Shown here piece by piece: positions 63,500 to 64,000 of a stretch of DNA of 64,000 bases. The number at the start of each line of letters is the position of its first letter. Position 1 is the stretch's first letter. A model generated the notes under the pieces. The model made no database searches. It saw only the letters and a list, made by a program, of their open reading frames with translations, and had not been told where the DNA came from. Both the position numbers and the translations under genes were made by a program. The DNA lies in assembly GCA_032128115.1 (NCBI GenBank), contig JAQBHB010000018.1, positions 27,136 to 91,135 of the forward strand. Reading direction: 5' to 3'. The DNA is from Deltaproteobacteria bacterium. GTDB taxonomy: Bacteria; Myxococcota_A; UBA9160; SMWR01.

Positions 63500-64000
63500 C
63501 TACCGGAAGATTCCGAGCCATCCGGACCTCTTCCTTTCCGATCCGGAATCCGGGCCGTCGTCCCGGGAAGTTCCGTTCCCAGATCGCGGCAGTTCCAGGT
63601 CTCGAGCCACCTCGCGAATCACGTCGGCGCCCAGGGTCTTCTGGCCCCGGGCGTAACCCGCAAGCAGCGCGCCGTCACAGACGATGTTGATCAGGCGGGG
63701 GAGCCCGCCGGTCAGGGTGAATACTTCTCGGCGCGCCGATCGCTTGAAGATGCCCTTTCCAGCGTATCCCGCCACGCTGAGCCGTCCGTCGATGTAATCC
63801 CCCACCTCGTCGCAGGTGAAGGGCTCCAGATGGTGCCGCAGCACGATCCGCTGGCGCAGCTGGCGCAGCCCGGGCTGGGAGAGCATCTCGTTCAACTCCG
63901 GCTGCCCCACCAGCATGATCTGCAACAACTTGGAGGTGGGCGTTTCCAGGTTGGAGAGCAGCCGCACCTCCTCGAGCATCTCCGGCGAGAGGTTCTGGGC
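63500..64000 (-). CDS. ExeA/GspA-like AAA ATPase (5'-partial)
   Basis: AQNLS..LEEVRLLSNLET, LVGQPEL, LRQLRQRI, GLPRLINIVCDGALL. Confidence 0.88.
   Translation of the reverse strand, partial: AQNLSPEMLEEVRLLSNLETPTSKLLQIMLVGQPELNEMLSQPGLRQLRQRIVLRHHLEPFTCDEVGDYIDGRLSVAGYAGKGIFKRSARREVFTLTGGLPRLINIVCDGALLAGYARGQKTLGADVIREVARDLELPRSGNGTSRDDGPDSGSERKRSGWLGIFR

Overview
High-GC (roughly 70%), densely coding bacterial chromosomal segment. The gene content (pilA-pilG/H/I-pilD cluster, tgl-like locus, atypical Hsp70/J-protein pair, sigma-54 promoters) points to a Myxococcota/deltaproteobacterial lineage (inference). It is mostly core genome. In order: yceD (partial), gltX, tRNA-Gln, DsbA, a type IVa pilus block, tRNA-Glu, a DEDDh exonuclease, two tandem ECF sigma factors plus a small protein, the tgl-like/rodZ-like/recO/glyS operon, korAB, icd-mdh-sucCD, aspS, a REC-GGDEF protein, acyl-CoA synthetase, a YCF48-like propeller, an ABC1 kinase, argG/argF/argB split by a J-protein/lidless-DnaK/pseudokinase/membrane-protein module, hslUV-xerC-trmFO-dprA, a sulfatase-TPR, a TsaP-like LysM protein, and a PEP-CTERM/XrtA-like exopolysaccharide locus with a soluble two-component system and a Crp regulator. 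No CRISPR array, transposase or prophage was seen. The best candidates for new biology are: (1) a full sigma-54 promoter architecture driving two paralogous ECF sigma factors and a 63-aa putative partner; (2) the translationally coupled J-TPR / lidless Hsp70 / PAS-pseudo-histidine-kinase / degenerate membrane protein module inside the arg cluster; (3) an OmpA-like domain inserted into a YCF48 propeller; (4) about ten unrelated short tandem duplications concentrated at gene ends and in UTRs. All assignments come from motif recognition by eye, without database searches.
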